Origin: Klebsiella pneumoniae
GTDB taxonomy: Bacteria; Myxococcota_A; UBA9042
DNA length: 64,000 nt
Direction of reading: 5' to 3'
Assembly: GCA_945889325.1 (NCBI GenBank)
Contig: CAMDBH010000002.1
Coordinates: forward strand, 39,242-103,241
Shown: positions 28,055 through 39,546 of the stretch, in pieces
How positions within the stretch are numbered: the stretch's first letter is position 1
Layout: every line of letters begins with the position of its first letter
Made by a program: the position numbers and the translations under genes
The notes under the pieces: model-generated
What the model saw: only the letters and a program-made list of their open reading frames with translations
Database searches by the model: none
Told to the model about the DNA's origin: nothing

Positions 28055-29941
28055 CTACTTGGCGGGTTCGCCTGCAGGAGCAGCGGCAGGTGCCGCAGCG
28101 GGCGCGGCTGCCGGAGCAGCAGGCGCGGCGCCGGCGGCCGGCTTGGCGGCGGCCTTGGGCGCAGGCTGATCGCTGCCCAAATTGATCTTTTGCCCGGTCT
28201 TTTCAGCCTCCGTGAGCAAATGGCCGAGCAAGATGTCAAATTCCCAAATCCAAGTTTGCGACGCCGGCAGATCTTGAATCGACAACTGTTGAGCATGGTA
28301 AATGCCCGGAATATGCTGGGGTTTGGCAAAATTCTTCAGGCCGGCCATGATGATTTGGCGCAGCGTAATCGTCAGCGGTTCGGCCACTGGTGCTTTCTCA
28401 AAAGCCATGAGCAGCGGCGCCACGACGTCGGCCCCCTTCACGCCGAGGTGAACTAGGCTAAGCGCAGCTTTTTCCTTGTGAATCGCATCGCCGCTGGTCA
28501 ATTGACCGACATAGCAGCCGATCAAAGCAGTCTGCTTGGCCGCCGGGTCCGCCGCGCGATCTTCTTCGGTCTTGCAGGTGCGCACAACTTCGACTTTGCC
28601 CTTGATCACCGCATCGCCGCTCAGCTTTAGCAAATCCGGATCTTTTTCGTCTTCAATGAGCGTTTTCCACTCATCCAAGTTCTGCGTTTCCAGCGCATAG
28701 ACTAGAGAATTGTAGAATTCTGGCTTTTCGTTCTTCGGTACAGCCTTGTAAACTTTGACGATTTCGCTCCAAGAGTTGGCTGCGCCCGACACGGCCAAGC
28801 CGGTCAGCGGCAAGGTGCGCTGTTCCAGACCTAGGCCCGAATTCTTTGAAATCTCGCCAATTTGCGCAGCAAAATCTTTGGCATCGGCGCCCATTGCGGC
28901 AATCGCCCAGACGGACAATTGCACACGGCTGATGACATAGCCGCCCCACGGCAAGGTTTTTTGCATGGTCAGCTTGTAAGTAGGTGGAATGTCGTTGTCG
29001 CCGACCTTGGCGGCTTTGCTCAGCATGGCGACCATCGGACCCAGCGTCGACTTGTCGTGGATGTCGACAAAAACTTGCATCAACTTGGGACCTTCCTGAT
29101 ATTCCCAGTCAGCCATGCCGCCTTTTTGCGCCCACATGTTAAATTCGACGTCGGTGCCCATGAAAATGCCCAGCATTTTTGCGGCGACTTTGTCGCTCGG
29201 CATGGACGCGAGCGCCAAACGCGCCGGCATGAATGTTTCGGCCCGCGCCGCGTCGTGCGCAAACAGCCCGTGAACATAGGCCTTAAACGCCGCATCACTG
29301 GCCGAACGCATTTCGGTCAAGAATTGCAAAGCGCGAATATTGACCTCAACCGTTTGCAGCGATGGATCCGTGTCGGCCAGCTCAATCAGCAAATCCTCAT
29401 ACTTTGCACGGTCTTTTGGATCAGGCAGCGAAGTAAACAAAGCTTCAACCAGCGTGACGCGCGACGGACCATTGCTCTTCTTGATCGCGGCGGCCAATTT
29501 CTCCGTGGTTTCCTTCATCGGCACCCACGGCTCACGGGTTTCCAGCGATTCGGCGCGCCAAGTACGGATAATACCTGCAATTTGTCCCGCAGCCTCAGGG
29601 ATCCCCAAGCCGCTGGCCAGCAATTTTTCCGACCGCTCGCGCAATTTGGGCCCGCCACGGCCAACATTTTCAACAGCGTCGATGACCAGAGGGCGATAGG
29701 CCTTGTCAGCCATCGATTTGGTCAGACGTTCAAAAACTTTGTCATCGCAGGTCTGCTGATCTTTGACGTTGAGTTTCTTGATCGATTCAATCGCGCTGCG
29801 TTTTTCAGACGCCGACTCCGCCCGTTCCAGCACAATACTGTAGTAACGACAGGTCTTTTCGCCGCGCTGGCAGCCCAAAAGGCCCGTTGCGGTCAATAGC
29901 GTTGCGCAAGCGAAAATGCTTGCTTGCCGGAATTGGAACAT
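28055..29941 (-). CDS. HEAT/ARM-repeat-like alpha-helical lipoprotein
   Basis: Lipobox LLGC; repeated amphipathic helices; Ala/Pro tail. Confidence 0.7.
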   Translation of the reverse strand: MFQFRQASIFACATLLTATGLLGCQRGEKTCRYYSIVLERAESASEKRSAIESIKKLNVKDQQTCDDKVFERLTKSMADKAYRPLVIDAVENVGRGGPKLRERSEKLLASGLGIPEAAGQIAGIIRTWRAESLETREPWVPMKETTEKLAAAIKKSNGPSRVTLVEALFTSLPDPKDRAKYEDLLIELADTDPSLQTVEVNIRALQFLTEMRSASDAAFKAYVHGLFAHDAARAETFMPARLALASMPSDKVAAKMLGIFMGTDVEFNMWAQKGGMADWEYQEGPKLMQVFVDIHDKSTLGPMVAMLSKAAKVGDNDIPPTYKLTMQKTLPWGGYVISRVQLSVWAIAAMGADAKDFAAQIGEISKNSGLGLEQRTLPLTGLAVSGAANSWSEIVKVYKAVPKNEKPEFYNSLVYALETQNLDEWKTLIEDEKDPDLLKLSGDAVIKGKVEVVRTCKTEEDRAADPAAKQTALIGCYVGQLTSGDAIHKEKAALSLVHLGVKGADVVAPLLMAFEKAPVAEPLTITLRQIIMAGLKNFAKPQHIPGIYHAQQLSIQDLPASQTWIWEFDILLGHLLTEAEKTGQKINLGSDQPAPKAAAKPAAGAAPAAPAAAPAAAPAAAPAGEPAK

Positions 29942-30201
29942 CGATAACCTGCCGTGTGGGTTGAATGCTGAAAAAGTTTCGTTGCCAGTTGTGCGTGAAA
30001 ACGCACCGATAAGAACGCCGTGAACGCTGCACGCAACGCCACCTTCGCCACGGGGGCAGCCCGCGACCAGCGCGGGATAATAGTCGCGGCAATCGCGCAC
30101 GTCAAGGCAGCGAAAGCCAAGCGCAATGCGGTGTTATCCGCGGACGCGCGGAGAATTTTCGTGCGCTACCCAAACTTTACACAAAGCGATAGACTTCGGC
30201 C

Positions 30202-30717
30202 ATGATCACACGGCCACCGCAGCGCAGACTGCCGCAGCATCGCCATTTTTTCCTGCTGGCAGCGCTGCAACTGGCGCTTGCGACTACTGCGTATGCACAA
30301 ATGCCGTTGGATGTTTTGCCGACTGCGCCCAAGTCGGCGTTGGAAGCTGCCGTGCACCCCCTGCTCAAACCGGTGCTGCAGCGGTTAACAGTGCGCAACG
30401 ACGCCGGTTCCTACGACTTGTGGTTGGTAAGCGGTTTGGACTTCGATCGGGTCACGGAATATTTTCGCGCCGCGATCAGCGCCAAGAAGCAACTGGGCCC
30501 GAACCTGCGGGTGCAGCCCTGGACCTATCTTGAACCAGATCGTTCCTATCTAATGGATCTAACAGGCGCTTCAAGACCGTACCGGCTGCGTCTGACCCGG
30601 CACCTTTCGGGCACTATGTTGGAAATGCTCGATGCGGGCGAAGCCAGCGACGCCCCAAAGTGGGCACCAGCGTATCGGGCCAAGCCGATTTTATTGCTTC
30701 ACGGTGCTGTTAGGTGA
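30202..30717 (+). CDS. Hypothetical exported protein
   Basis: Signal peptide ending in AYA; fills the gap between opposite-strand genes. Confidence 0.6.
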   Translation: MITRPPQRRLPQHRHFFLLAALQLALATTAYAQMPLDVLPTAPKSALEAAVHPLLKPVLQRLTVRNDAGSYDLWLVSGLDFDRVTEYFRAAISAKKQLGPNLRVQPWTYLEPDRSYLMDLTGASRPYRLRLTRHLSGTMLEMLDAGEASDAPKWAPAYRAKPILLLHGAVR

Positions 30718-30721
30718 CCAG

Positions 30722-33700
30722 TTACTGGCAAACCAGCACGCTCTGCCAGCGCAGGTCGCTTAGTCTGCCGTCGCCATCGATGGCGCCGTCGATCAAAGCG
30801 CCTTCTGGCCGCGACCCAGCCTGCACCTGCCCTTGCCATGCCGGCAGGGCGCCTTTCCAAGCAAGCATTTGAATTGTCGGCGTAAGTTTAAGCACCCGCC
30901 CCTCAGCGGGTCCGGCGCCGAGCGGCGCAACGGCCACCAGCAAGTGTTGCGTCAAGTTGGCAGTGCCGAAAACCGCCAAACGTGCAGGCGGTTGGGGGTC
31001 ACTGGCCACCAGCGTCCAACCACTGGCTTGCGCCAGATCAAAGCGCCAAATTTGCAAGCCATCGTCGACCACCGCCAAAACCAGCCGATTGTTGAGCGCA
31101 TCGTGAACAAGTGCCGAACCGGCGCGGTAGGCAGGCCCCGGAGACATCGCGGTTTGCCACAGCAATTGCTTGGAATTTTTTAGCAAATTCATGGCCCACA
31201 GCTCAGCAGTTGCAGCGGCATCGCCAGCGCCAAACAAGAAGGCTTGGGGAAATTGTTCGACTTGGGCCACCGCTGGGTCGGACTTGGCACCCGGCATAAA
31301 CGGCAGCAAATCTGCAGGCAATGGCGCCCAAGTGCCTGTGATCAAATTCAAACGCCAACCGCCGGGCGCGGCGGCCTGCACATCCGGCGACAAAAGCTGG
31401 CTGTTATTCGATATTTTTTCAAGGCCGCTCCACATCACGACGTGCTGGCCGTCGTCTTCGACCACGACCGCTGGCAGCGCGCGCCCGCTTTGACCTTGCG
31501 GGTAGGGCAGCGGCTGCCACTTGCCCGCGTGCAGCCGCCAAGACGGCCCGGACAAATCAAAATTTGCGCCGTGGAGCGAGGCACCGCCGATGCGCAAAAG
31601 ATCTTGCCCAACCGCGACCCAGCGCGCGCCAAGCACCGGTTCAGGCGATAAGTCCATATTCTGCCAGGTAAATTTTGTCGCTGCCTGCGCGGTTTGCCAG
31701 ACGCTGGCTTGGGCAATCCCTGCGGCCTGACCGAGCGCCAAAACCACCTCGCCGTCTTTGCCCACGCCGATGGCGGCCCCAATGACCGGCAACGCTGGCC
31801 ATTGCGGCATCGGCTGCCAGATCTTGCTCGCGATCGAATAATTTTGCAGCGCAACGGGCTGACCAACCGCGTCAACGGCGTCGATCAGCCAAACTTGACC
31901 AGCGGCGGCATCGCACAGCAGTTTTCCAGGCGTGTCATTTGCCGCTTGACTGGGCGGCACCGGCAGCGCGGTCCAGGTCTTTTGCCCAAAGGGCAGCACT
32001 GCAAACCAAGCCGCGGCCCCGCCGTGCAAAACGTACAAGTCACCCTTGGCTGTGACGCAGGGGGATGCCACACCGGCGCCGAGCCCGGGCTGTGGCACCG
32101 CGATGGGGGCGTCCCATGTTTGCTTTGCTAAATCATGGCGTTGTGCGATTGGGCCGGAACCGTCGGCGCTGCCGCCAAACAGCCACACGCTGTTGCTTGC
32201 GGCAACGTAGACGGCTTGGGCGTTGACGCGGGGCTGGGGTTGGTTTTTCCAATCTGGGTCGCTGGTTTTTGCCGATATCAAATCCAATTCACGCGCCGGG
32301 GCCGCTGCCGCATTTTCGTCCACACCGCCGATCAACCAAAGCCGAGGGTTGAGCACCGGCCCAGCGCCGCCGGGCACGTACACGGCCGCCGCCTGACGCC
32401 GCCGCAAATCGGCCTGCGATACGACAAGTTTCCATTGAAAATCGCTAAATTGCAAACTCCAAACTTCGCCCAGCGTCACCAATGGCGTGTTGCCGAGCGA
32501 TCCGCCCTGCCCGCCCGCGACAAACAATTGGCCACCGCCGCCGCAACTGGCGAATTGGCTGCGTGCCTGCGGTCTTAAGCCGGCCATGGCTGCAGGCTCG
32601 CTCCACTTGGTGACGATGCCTTCGTCCGTCTTGCCGTCGCAATTGTTGTCCAATTCGTCGCAACTGGATTCGACGGTTTCATAGTTTGCGGTCAGACCGT
32701 AGTCGCACACCCATGCGCCTTCTTGGCACGATTTCAGGACGATACCGGCGCCACAGACGCCCGCGGTGCTGCAGGTAAGCTCACTTGGAGGCGACAGGCC
32801 GTCGTCGGTCATCCCATCGCAATCGTCGTCGATATTGTTGCAACTCTCTGGCTTTGCTTGCGATTTAGTGCCATTGGGATGCGTCGAGCAGGTCGGCGCG
32901 CCGCTGGCGCTGCATTCCACGACACCCACGCCGCAAGCGCCGTAGCCGTCGCAAACGGCGCCCAAACCCTTGCCGTTCCAGTTCTGGTTTTCATCGGTGA
33001 GGCCGTTGCAATTGTCGTCTATGCCGTTGCAAACCTCCGTTTTAGCTTGACTTTGTGGCCCGTCGGCCAACGTCGAACACGTCACGCCACCGGTCTTTGA
33101 ACAAGCAACGCTGCCCGCCGCGCAAATGCCGACGCCCGGGCACGGCGAACCCAGCGGTTTGCCATCGAGCTCAAAGATTTCATCGGTTTTGCCGTTGCAG
33201 TCGTCATCGATCGCGTTGCAAACTTCGGCGCTGAACTTGCTATCGGGCCCGCCGGGTGTCGCCGAACAGACGGCCAAGCCGTTGGCGGCACAAATCACCA
33301 CGCCTGTGCCGCACGCGCCGACGCCCGTGCACGCCGCGCCCAGCGGCAGATTGCCGTCTTTTGTCGCTAAGCCTTCATCGGTGAGGCCGTCGCAATCGTC
33401 GTCAAGGCCGTTGCAAGTTTCCGCACTGGCCTTGCTGTCGGCGCCGCCCGGATCACTGGAACAGATCGATTTGCCTTCTTTGCCGCAACTTACCACGCCC
33501 AAGCCGCATTCACCGGCACCCAAGCACGGCGAACCGATCGCGAGGCCGGCCAGACCGAAGCCTTCATCGGTGTGGCCATCGCAATTGTCATCCAAACCGT
33601 TGCAGATTTCCGGTTGTTTGTTGGTTTTGCTGCCGCCCGGGTTGCTCGAGCACGCGGCTGCGCCGGCGACGCACTCAACCGTGCCAGCGCCGCAAGTGCC

Positions 33701-34378
33701 CACGCCGTTGCAGGCTTGGCCGATGACAGCGCCTTGAAAAGCATAACCTTCATCGGTCGAGCCATCGCAGTCGTTGTCGCGGCCATCGCAGAGTTCGGTG
33801 GCGCCCCAGAAAGGCACCTTGCTGAAATCGCAATGTAATTCTGGGGCGTCCGCAGGGCGGTCGGACTTGATGCAACTGGCAACGACGCTGGCCGCGGCGC
33901 AGACGCCGGCGCTGGGACAAGCCGCTTTTGCCAACGCGATCATGTCGGTATTGGCGGCGTTGTCGTCGCCGTCGCGCTCGTCGGCGATGCAGTCGCGGTC
34001 GCGGTCGGCCAAAAGCGATTCCAGCACGTCGGGTTTGCCGTCGCCATCGACATCGCGGGGATTGTTTGAATCTGCGCCTACTTCGACGCCGTCTGCCTTG
34101 CCATCGCCGTCGCTGTCAGCCCGCAGCGGATCGGTGTGAAGCTTGTGTTCCACGCCGTTGGTCAGGCCGTCGTGATCAGAATCGCTTTCTGCCGCCAAAC
34201 AAAGGTTGGCGTAACACAGGGCGCTTGCGCATTGTGCGGATGCAAGGCAGCTGTCTCCATCCGTTTTTGCCGGATCGCCGCAAGCGCAAAACCACACGAC
34301 GACTGTGCAGGCAAGCAGACGCAACGCTGTGAGGCGCCGATCGGGACATTGGGATTTTGCGGGCGCGCGAACACTCAT
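30722..34378 (-). CDS. Large Cys-rich lipoprotein: TSP3-like Ca-binding repeats, 7 MopE-related repeats, Kelch-like propellers
   Basis: DSDHDGLTNG/DSDGDGKADG; seven E.C[D/N]..D[D/N].C[D/N]G.TD motifs; LFVAGG/LWLIGG/VWLFGG/LRIGG. ATGA overlap with nnr. Confidence 0.82.
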   Translation of the reverse strand: MSVRAPAKSQCPDRRLTALRLLACTVVVWFCACGDPAKTDGDSCLASAQCASALCYANLCLAAESDSDHDGLTNGVEHKLHTDPLRADSDGDGKADGVEVGADSNNPRDVDGDGKPDVLESLLADRDRDCIADERDGDDNAANTDMIALAKAACPSAGVCAAASVVASCIKSDRPADAPELHCDFSKVPFWGATELCDGRDNDCDGSTDEGYAFQGAVIGQACNGVGTCGAGTVECVAGAAACSSNPGGSKTNKQPEICNGLDDNCDGHTDEGFGLAGLAIGSPCLGAGECGLGVVSCGKEGKSICSSDPGGADSKASAETCNGLDDDCDGLTDEGLATKDGNLPLGAACTGVGACGTGVVICAANGLAVCSATPGGPDSKFSAEVCNAIDDDCNGKTDEIFELDGKPLGSPCPGVGICAAGSVACSKTGGVTCSTLADGPQSQAKTEVCNGIDDNCNGLTDENQNWNGKGLGAVCDGYGACGVGVVECSASGAPTCSTHPNGTKSQAKPESCNNIDDDCDGMTDDGLSPPSELTCSTAGVCGAGIVLKSCQEGAWVCDYGLTANYETVESSCDELDNNCDGKTDEGIVTKWSEPAAMAGLRPQARSQFASCGGGGQLFVAGGQGGSLGNTPLVTLGEVWSLQFSDFQWKLVVSQADLRRRQAAAVYVPGGAGPVLNPRLWLIGGVDENAAAAPARELDLISAKTSDPDWKNQPQPRVNAQAVYVAASNSVWLFGGSADGSGPIAQRHDLAKQTWDAPIAVPQPGLGAGVASPCVTAKGDLYVLHGGAAAWFAVLPFGQKTWTALPVPPSQAANDTPGKLLCDAAAGQVWLIDAVDAVGQPVALQNYSIASKIWQPMPQWPALPVIGAAIGVGKDGEVVLALGQAAGIAQASVWQTAQAATKFTWQNMDLSPEPVLGARWVAVGQDLLRIGGASLHGANFDLSGPSWRLHAGKWQPLPYPQGQSGRALPAVVVEDDGQHVVMWSGLEKISNNSQLLSPDVQAAAPGGWRLNLITGTWAPLPADLLPFMPGAKSDPAVAQVEQFPQAFLFGAGDAAATAELWAMNLLKNSKQLLWQTAMSPGPAYRAGSALVHDALNNRLVLAVVDDGLQIWRFDLAQASGWTLVASDPQPPARLAVFGTANLTQHLLVAVAPLGAGPAEGRVLKLTPTIQMLAWKGALPAWQGQVQAGSRPEGALIDGAIDGDGRLSDLRWQSVLVCQ

Positions 34379-35982
34379 CCCTGCAAGGTAGCGTTCACCC
34401 GCGGTTGCGGCAAGTTTGCTGCGTTTTCCGCAGCGCCCGCGTTTTCCAGCTTTTGCCACGCGTCACCTAAAAATGCCACCAATTCCGCAGCTGTCGCTGC
34501 CCGCGCGCCGCGCTTTTCGGCCATGGCACGGCCGGCCATGCTGTGCGCCGCCACGCCAAGCTGCGCTGCATCAAACGGCGCCATGCCCTGCGCCAAAAGG
34601 CCGCCGATGGTGCCCGCCAAAACGTCGCCACTGCCCCCTTTGGCCAAGGCCGTGTTGGCACTCAAACAAATCGCCCAATTGCCGTCGGGCGCGGCGACCA
34701 GCGTGTGGTGGCCTTTGAGCACGATCACGGCCTGCCATTTACGCGCTGCTTTGAGCGTGCTGCCTAGGCGATCGCTTTGAATTTGCTCTATCGTCTCACC
34801 GCTTAACGCCGCCATTTCACCGGGATGCGGCGTAAGCACCAAGCGATTGGCTGCGGGCTGGGCGATTTCAGGCTTTTGCGCCAGCGCGTGCAAGGCGTCG
34901 GCATCCAGCAAGATCGGCACATTGGACAATGAAATCAAGCGGGAAACCAGATCAAACTCGGCGGCGCCTGTGCCCAAACCGGGGCCGCAGACGATCGCCG
35001 TTTTTTTCACCACCAATTTTTCAATGCGCTTGATCTCGCTGGCACCGCCGCGGATGGCTTCGACCATCACGTCCGCTATCGATCCTTCCAAATGCGAGCG
35101 AATTTCACCGGATGTGCCCAGCGTGCACAGGCCGACACCGGTGCGCAGCGCCGCGCCTGAGGCCAACATCGCCGCACCGGCCTTGCCCGGCGAACCGGCG
35201 ACGACAAAAACATGGCCAAATGTGCCTTTGTGGCCGTTGGTCGGCCGCACCGGCAAAAGCGCGCGCGCGCGATCGACATCGAGCAATTGCCCAGTCGGTT
35301 GCTGTTTTTGCAGCCAAGCGTTGGGAACGCCGATATCGACAACTTGCAATTTCTGCCAATGATCAGGCCCTTGCGCCAAATACAGCCCAGCTTTGGCCGC
35401 CACCATCGTCACAACCAGATGACACTTCACGGCGGCGCCCAAAATCTGTCCGGTGCCCGCGTGCAGACCGGACGGAATATCCGCCGCCACCGTAAAAGCG
35501 CGGTAGCGGCCGTCCATTTGCGCGGCAAAAGTCTTAAGTGGTTCGCGCAGTTCTGTGTCTGGGCCGATGCCGACCAAAGCGTCGACGATCGCGCAAGCGC
35601 GCCCAAGCGAACGGCGAATGCCCTGCAAAACCTGCCCGTGCGGCGCTTGGTTGTGCCAACGGCATTCGATGCCCTGTGCCAGCATGGCACGGTAGTGCAT
35701 GGCAGTTTCTTCTGTCATTTTAGATGGATCGCCGGCACCGCTGACATCGAGGCGAAAACCGTGGTTGTGCAACACGCGGGCGGCGACAAAGCCGTCGCCA
35801 CCATTGTTGCCGCTGCCACAAAGTACTGCAATAAAGCGATCTTGGGCGGGACCAACTTGGTCAACGATGGCTTGAGCGATGGCCCTGCCCGCCGTCTCCA
35901 TCAAAAGCGCGGGCGGCAAGCCGAGTTCTGCGGTGACGCGGCCATCGAGTTCGCGCACTTGTTGCGGCGTCAAAATCAACAT
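34375..35982 (-). CDS. nnr: Bifunctional NAD(P)HX epimerase/dehydratase
   Basis: LMETAG, CGSGNNGGDG, DIPSG, HKGTFG, GPGLG, LDADAL, TPHPGEM, GGSGDVLAG. Confidence 0.95.
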   Translation of the reverse strand: MLILTPQQVRELDGRVTAELGLPPALLMETAGRAIAQAIVDQVGPAQDRFIAVLCGSGNNGGDGFVAARVLHNHGFRLDVSGAGDPSKMTEETAMHYRAMLAQGIECRWHNQAPHGQVLQGIRRSLGRACAIVDALVGIGPDTELREPLKTFAAQMDGRYRAFTVAADIPSGLHAGTGQILGAAVKCHLVVTMVAAKAGLYLAQGPDHWQKLQVVDIGVPNAWLQKQQPTGQLLDVDRARALLPVRPTNGHKGTFGHVFVVAGSPGKAGAAMLASGAALRTGVGLCTLGTSGEIRSHLEGSIADVMVEAIRGGASEIKRIEKLVVKKTAIVCGPGLGTGAAEFDLVSRLISLSNVPILLDADALHALAQKPEIAQPAANRLVLTPHPGEMAALSGETIEQIQSDRLGSTLKAARKWQAVIVLKGHHTLVAAPDGNWAICLSANTALAKGGSGDVLAGTIGGLLAQGMAPFDAAQLGVAAHSMAGRAMAEKRGARAATAAELVAFLGDAWQKLENAGAAENAANLPQPRVNATLQG

Positions 35983-35985
35983 GCA

Positions 35986-36711
35986 TTACCTTTGGTTGAT
36001 CGCTGCAATCATTTCGCGCACGGCCCGTTCCAGGCCGACAAACACCGCCCGCGCGACAATGCTGTGGCCGATATTGAGTTCTTCGATGTAGGGCAAACTC
36101 GCAACTGCTTGAACATTATGATAGTCCAGCCCATGACCGGCGGCCACGCGCAGCCCGAGATCGTGGGCCTGCTGCGCCGCGTCGCGCAGCAATTGCAGCC
36201 GTTGACCCGCGATCGCCGCCGATTTCGCGTCGCAGTAATCGCCGGTGTGCAGTTCAACCGTAAACGCACCGAGCTTTTGACTTGCCGCCACTTGCAGCGG
36301 ATCCGGATCGATAAACAGCGAAACTACGATCCCAGCATCGCGCAGCCTTTGCACGCACGGCTGCACGGCGGCGTGCTGGCCGATGACGTCCAAGCCGCCT
36401 TCGGTGGTCCTCTCCTGGCGCTTTTCCGGCACCAGCGTGACGGTATCTGGCATAAATTGCAGAGCAATTGCCGTCATTTCGCCAGTAGCCGCCATTTCAA
36501 GATTGAGCGGCACGCGCAGCGTCTGGCGCAGAATCTGCAGATCGCGGTCCTGAATGTGCCGCCTATCCTCGCGCAAATGAATGGTAATTTGATCCGCGCC
36601 GGCCAGTTCGCACAGACTCGCGGCCAGCACGGGGTCTGGGTAGCGCGTGCCGCGGGCTTGCCGGAGCGTGGCGATGTGATCAACGTTGACGCCCAACTGC
36701 GCGCGATTCAT
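35986..36711 (-). CDS. pdxJ: Pyridoxine 5'-phosphate synthase
   Basis: [45 protein letters not shown]. Confidence 0.97.
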   Translation of the reverse strand: MNRAQLGVNVDHIATLRQARGTRYPDPVLAASLCELAGADQITIHLREDRRHIQDRDLQILRQTLRVPLNLEMAATGEMTAIALQFMPDTVTLVPEKRQERTTEGGLDVIGQHAAVQPCVQRLRDAGIVVSLFIDPDPLQVAASQKLGAFTVELHTGDYCDAKSAAIAGQRLQLLRDAAQQAHDLGLRVAAGHGLDYHNVQAVASLPYIEELNIGHSIVARAVFVGLERAVREMIAAINQR

Positions 36712-36727
36712 CCGTTTTTCCTTCGAT

Positions 36728-38089
36728 TTAGACGCCGATCGCCTGCACGACAGCGTCCGCGATGCGTTTGGCGTGCGAATGTACCAACGCTTCATCGCTG
36801 CCTTCGACCATCACGCGGCATTTGCGCTCCGTGCCGCTGTAGCGCACCAAGACGCGGCCAAAACCTGCAAGCTCGCGTTCCGCCTCACCAATTGTGGTAA
36901 CCACCCCGGCCAGCGTGGCAATGGGCGGCTTTTCACGTACCGGCAAATTGATCAGCAACTGCGGCACATTTTGCATCATTTGCGCCAGCTCACTGATGCG
37001 TTTGCCTTCGCGTACGGCGATGGCCGCGACTTGCAGCGCCGCCAACGTGCCGTCGCCGGTGGTGGCGTGATCGAGAAATACCAAATGGCCGCTTTGCTCG
37101 CCGCCCAGCGTAAAGCCACCTTTGCGCATTGCGTCAACGACTTGCCGGTCGCCGACATCGGTGCGCAGAAGAGTAATGCCCGCATCGCGCATCGCAATTT
37201 CAAGACCAAAATTGGACATCACCGTGGCGACAAGGGTGTTATGCCCAAGCGTTCCAGCGGCTTTCATGCGCAGCGCGCACAGGCCCATGACGCGATCGCC
37301 GTCAACGGGCTGGCCTTTTTCATCGATCAAAATCAGCCGATCGGCATCGCCGTCCAACGCCAGACCAAAATCGCACTGCTGTTCCACAACGATTTTAGCT
37401 AGATGCTGCGGATGCAACGCACCCACGCCGTCGTTGATATTGATGCCATCCGGATCGACGCCGACTTTGACAACGATCGCCCCCAGTTCCTCAAAAACCG
37501 CCGGAGCGACGCGGTAGGCAGCCCCATTGCCACAATCGACAGCAATTTTCAGACCATCCAGCGTTAGATCGCCTGGGAACGTGTTTTTGAGCTGAACGAC
37601 GTAACGGCCCCACGCATCATCAACACGATAAGCGCGCCCAATATCGCCACCTTGGGCCAGACCGGCGTGAAGCGGCGCGGGATAGGCGACCAACTGCTCA
37701 ATGCGCGCCTCCATTTCATCGGGCAGCTTGAAACCGTCGTGGCCAAAAATCTTGATGCCGTTGTCTTGAAACGGATTGTGCGACGCGCTGATGACCACGC
37801 CAGCGTCGGCGCGCATGGAATGCGTCATGTACGCGATGCCCGGCGTCGGCAGCACGCCGACCAAGTACGGTTCCGCGCCAACCGAACATAGCCCAGCTAA
37901 CAGCGCATGTTCAAACAGGTAACCGCTGCGGCGCGTGTCTTTGCCGATCATCACGCGCACGCGCGGATGGGTGCGCTTGCACAAAAGCCCGACCGCGCGG
38001 CCGATTTGCAGTGCGTTTTCAACGGTCATCACCCCAGAATTGGCTTGACCGCGCACACCGTCGGTGCCGAATAATTTTGTGCTTGGCAT
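36728..38089 (-). CDS. glmM: Phosphoglucosamine mutase
   Basis: [34 protein letters not shown]. Confidence 0.97.
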   Translation of the reverse strand: MPSTKLFGTDGVRGQANSGVMTVENALQIGRAVGLLCKRTHPRVRVMIGKDTRRSGYLFEHALLAGLCSVGAEPYLVGVLPTPGIAYMTHSMRADAGVVISASHNPFQDNGIKIFGHDGFKLPDEMEARIEQLVAYPAPLHAGLAQGGDIGRAYRVDDAWGRYVVQLKNTFPGDLTLDGLKIAVDCGNGAAYRVAPAVFEELGAIVVKVGVDPDGININDGVGALHPQHLAKIVVEQQCDFGLALDGDADRLILIDEKGQPVDGDRVMGLCALRMKAAGTLGHNTLVATVMSNFGLEIAMRDAGITLLRTDVGDRQVVDAMRKGGFTLGGEQSGHLVFLDHATTGDGTLAALQVAAIAVREGKRISELAQMMQNVPQLLINLPVREKPPIATLAGVVTTIGEAERELAGFGRVLVRYSGTERKCRVMVEGSDEALVHSHAKRIADAVVQAIGV

Positions 38090-38104
38090 CAAGTTCCCTA
38101 TGCT

Positions 38105-39469
38105 CTAACGGACAACTCGCAGCGGAACTTGCTGTTCCCGTTCCGTTTGTCGCGGTGGGTGCATTTCTTGCTGCAGCACTTTCATGATCGTGCGCTCATC
38201 GTAATTCGCGCGCCGAATTAACTCAACGCGTTGCCGCAAACGATCGATATCGGTCTTGATGCCGTAGGTCTTTAGGATGCTGCTGATGCGCAAGTGATGG
38301 CGTTCCAAGGCTTCTGTCGCGCTGACGTAGCCGTGCAAGGCACTTTCTGCGCGCTGCCAAAAGTTGAGCGGATTGATGTTGAAAAATTTCACATCGGTTT
38401 CGCTCGGCTCAAGCAAAATGACGTCACCGTGAAAATCCGGATTGAGCTGTAACTTCTCAATCCCCAACAACAAACGCGTGTGCAACATCGTGCGAAAAGC
38501 TTGGTTGATCACGGTGGCAATGCCCATGTCGCTGATGGACGCCTGCTTGTTCAGCAATTGATCGGCGTTGTAATTCACGAACGGCCGAAAGGGGTTGTAG
38601 GCTATCACCAGCGACGCCCCGCCCTTGACGGCTTGGCTGATGTTGGCCGTGCGGCGCACACCGGCGTCGATGTAATCCTGACCACGAATGCGCGCTGGCT
38701 TGTAAAACCCCGGAATTGCAGCGGATGCCGCTACGGCTTCACTGATCGTGACGCTGTGATCTTCGTCGTGGCCAAAAGTGACGCCTTCCGCTGTGTTTAG
38801 ATTGGTCGCACCGATGTACAGCGTGTTGTTGCGGACCATGTTCAGCAAACGGAAGTCATTGGGCACGTTGTTCTTTTTCAGATTGGAGCGCGTAAACGCC
38901 TCAATGCCAGCCGTGTCAAACAGGCCCGACGGGATGTAAGACAGACCCATGCGCAGGTGCGACTCACGCATCATATCGATAATAAACGGTTTTAGCAGCG
39001 CTTCAGCGCTTTGAAGGCCCGGCTCTTTCACAAAATCGCGCAGGGCATTGATCATCTCGGGGCGGTTGTTGAGCAGTCGGCGCGCCACCGCCAAACTGGC
39101 TTGCGGCAAAAAAGTCGTGGCATCGCGGCCGAGTTGCAGCGGTTTGCGCACAAATTCCCGCCAGTTCGGCCGGTAGAAATCCAGCGGCGTGAAACGATTG
39201 ATGCGGTCGCTGCTGCCGTCCAAAGATTTGAGCAATTCTTCCGGCGCTATACCTGCGGCAAGCGGTGCGGCTAAGAAAGCACCAGCAGAAATGCCGACGT
39301 AGATGTCAAAATCCGTGACGGATTTGTTGGTCAACAAGGTATTGAGCGCGATCAAACCGCCGATTTTGAATGCACCGCCTGAAATCGCGCCACCGGCCAG
39401 CACCAGCGCAATTTTGGCATGAGGCCGAGTTTTGGTGCGATCGCCTTTTTCGACAAACGTGATGCCCAC
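38105..39469 (-). CDS. Patatin-like phospholipase
   Basis: LAGGAISG, GISAG nucleophile, DAG motif. GTG start after GAGG is inferred. Confidence 0.88.
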   Translation of the reverse strand: MGITFVEKGDRTKTRPHAKIALVLAGGAISGGAFKIGGLIALNTLLTNKSVTDFDIYVGISAGAFLAAPLAAGIAPEELLKSLDGSSDRINRFTPLDFYRPNWREFVRKPLQLGRDATTFLPQASLAVARRLLNNRPEMINALRDFVKEPGLQSAEALLKPFIIDMMRESHLRMGLSYIPSGLFDTAGIEAFTRSNLKKNNVPNDFRLLNMVRNNTLYIGATNLNTAEGVTFGHDEDHSVTISEAVAASAAIPGFYKPARIRGQDYIDAGVRRTANISQAVKGGASLVIAYNPFRPFVNYNADQLLNKQASISDMGIATVINQAFRTMLHTRLLLGIEKLQLNPDFHGDVILLEPSETDVKFFNINPLNFWQRAESALHGYVSATEALERHHLRISSILKTYGIKTDIDRLRQRVELIRRANYDERTIMKVLQQEMHPPRQTEREQQVPLRVVR

Positions 39470-39546
39470 TTTTACCTCTTGCGGCGCGGCAAAAGCCGCA
39501 CTGCATCCAACCACATCCTTGGCCGAGCGACAAACTTTTGCCCGTT

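Noticed and set aside
35212..36900. 562-aa plus-strand ORF, and similar long antisense ORFs (12206-13441, 39432-40541, 47171-48589)
   Set aside because: Antisense shadows of well-supported genes in GC-rich DNA, with no recognisable motifs.
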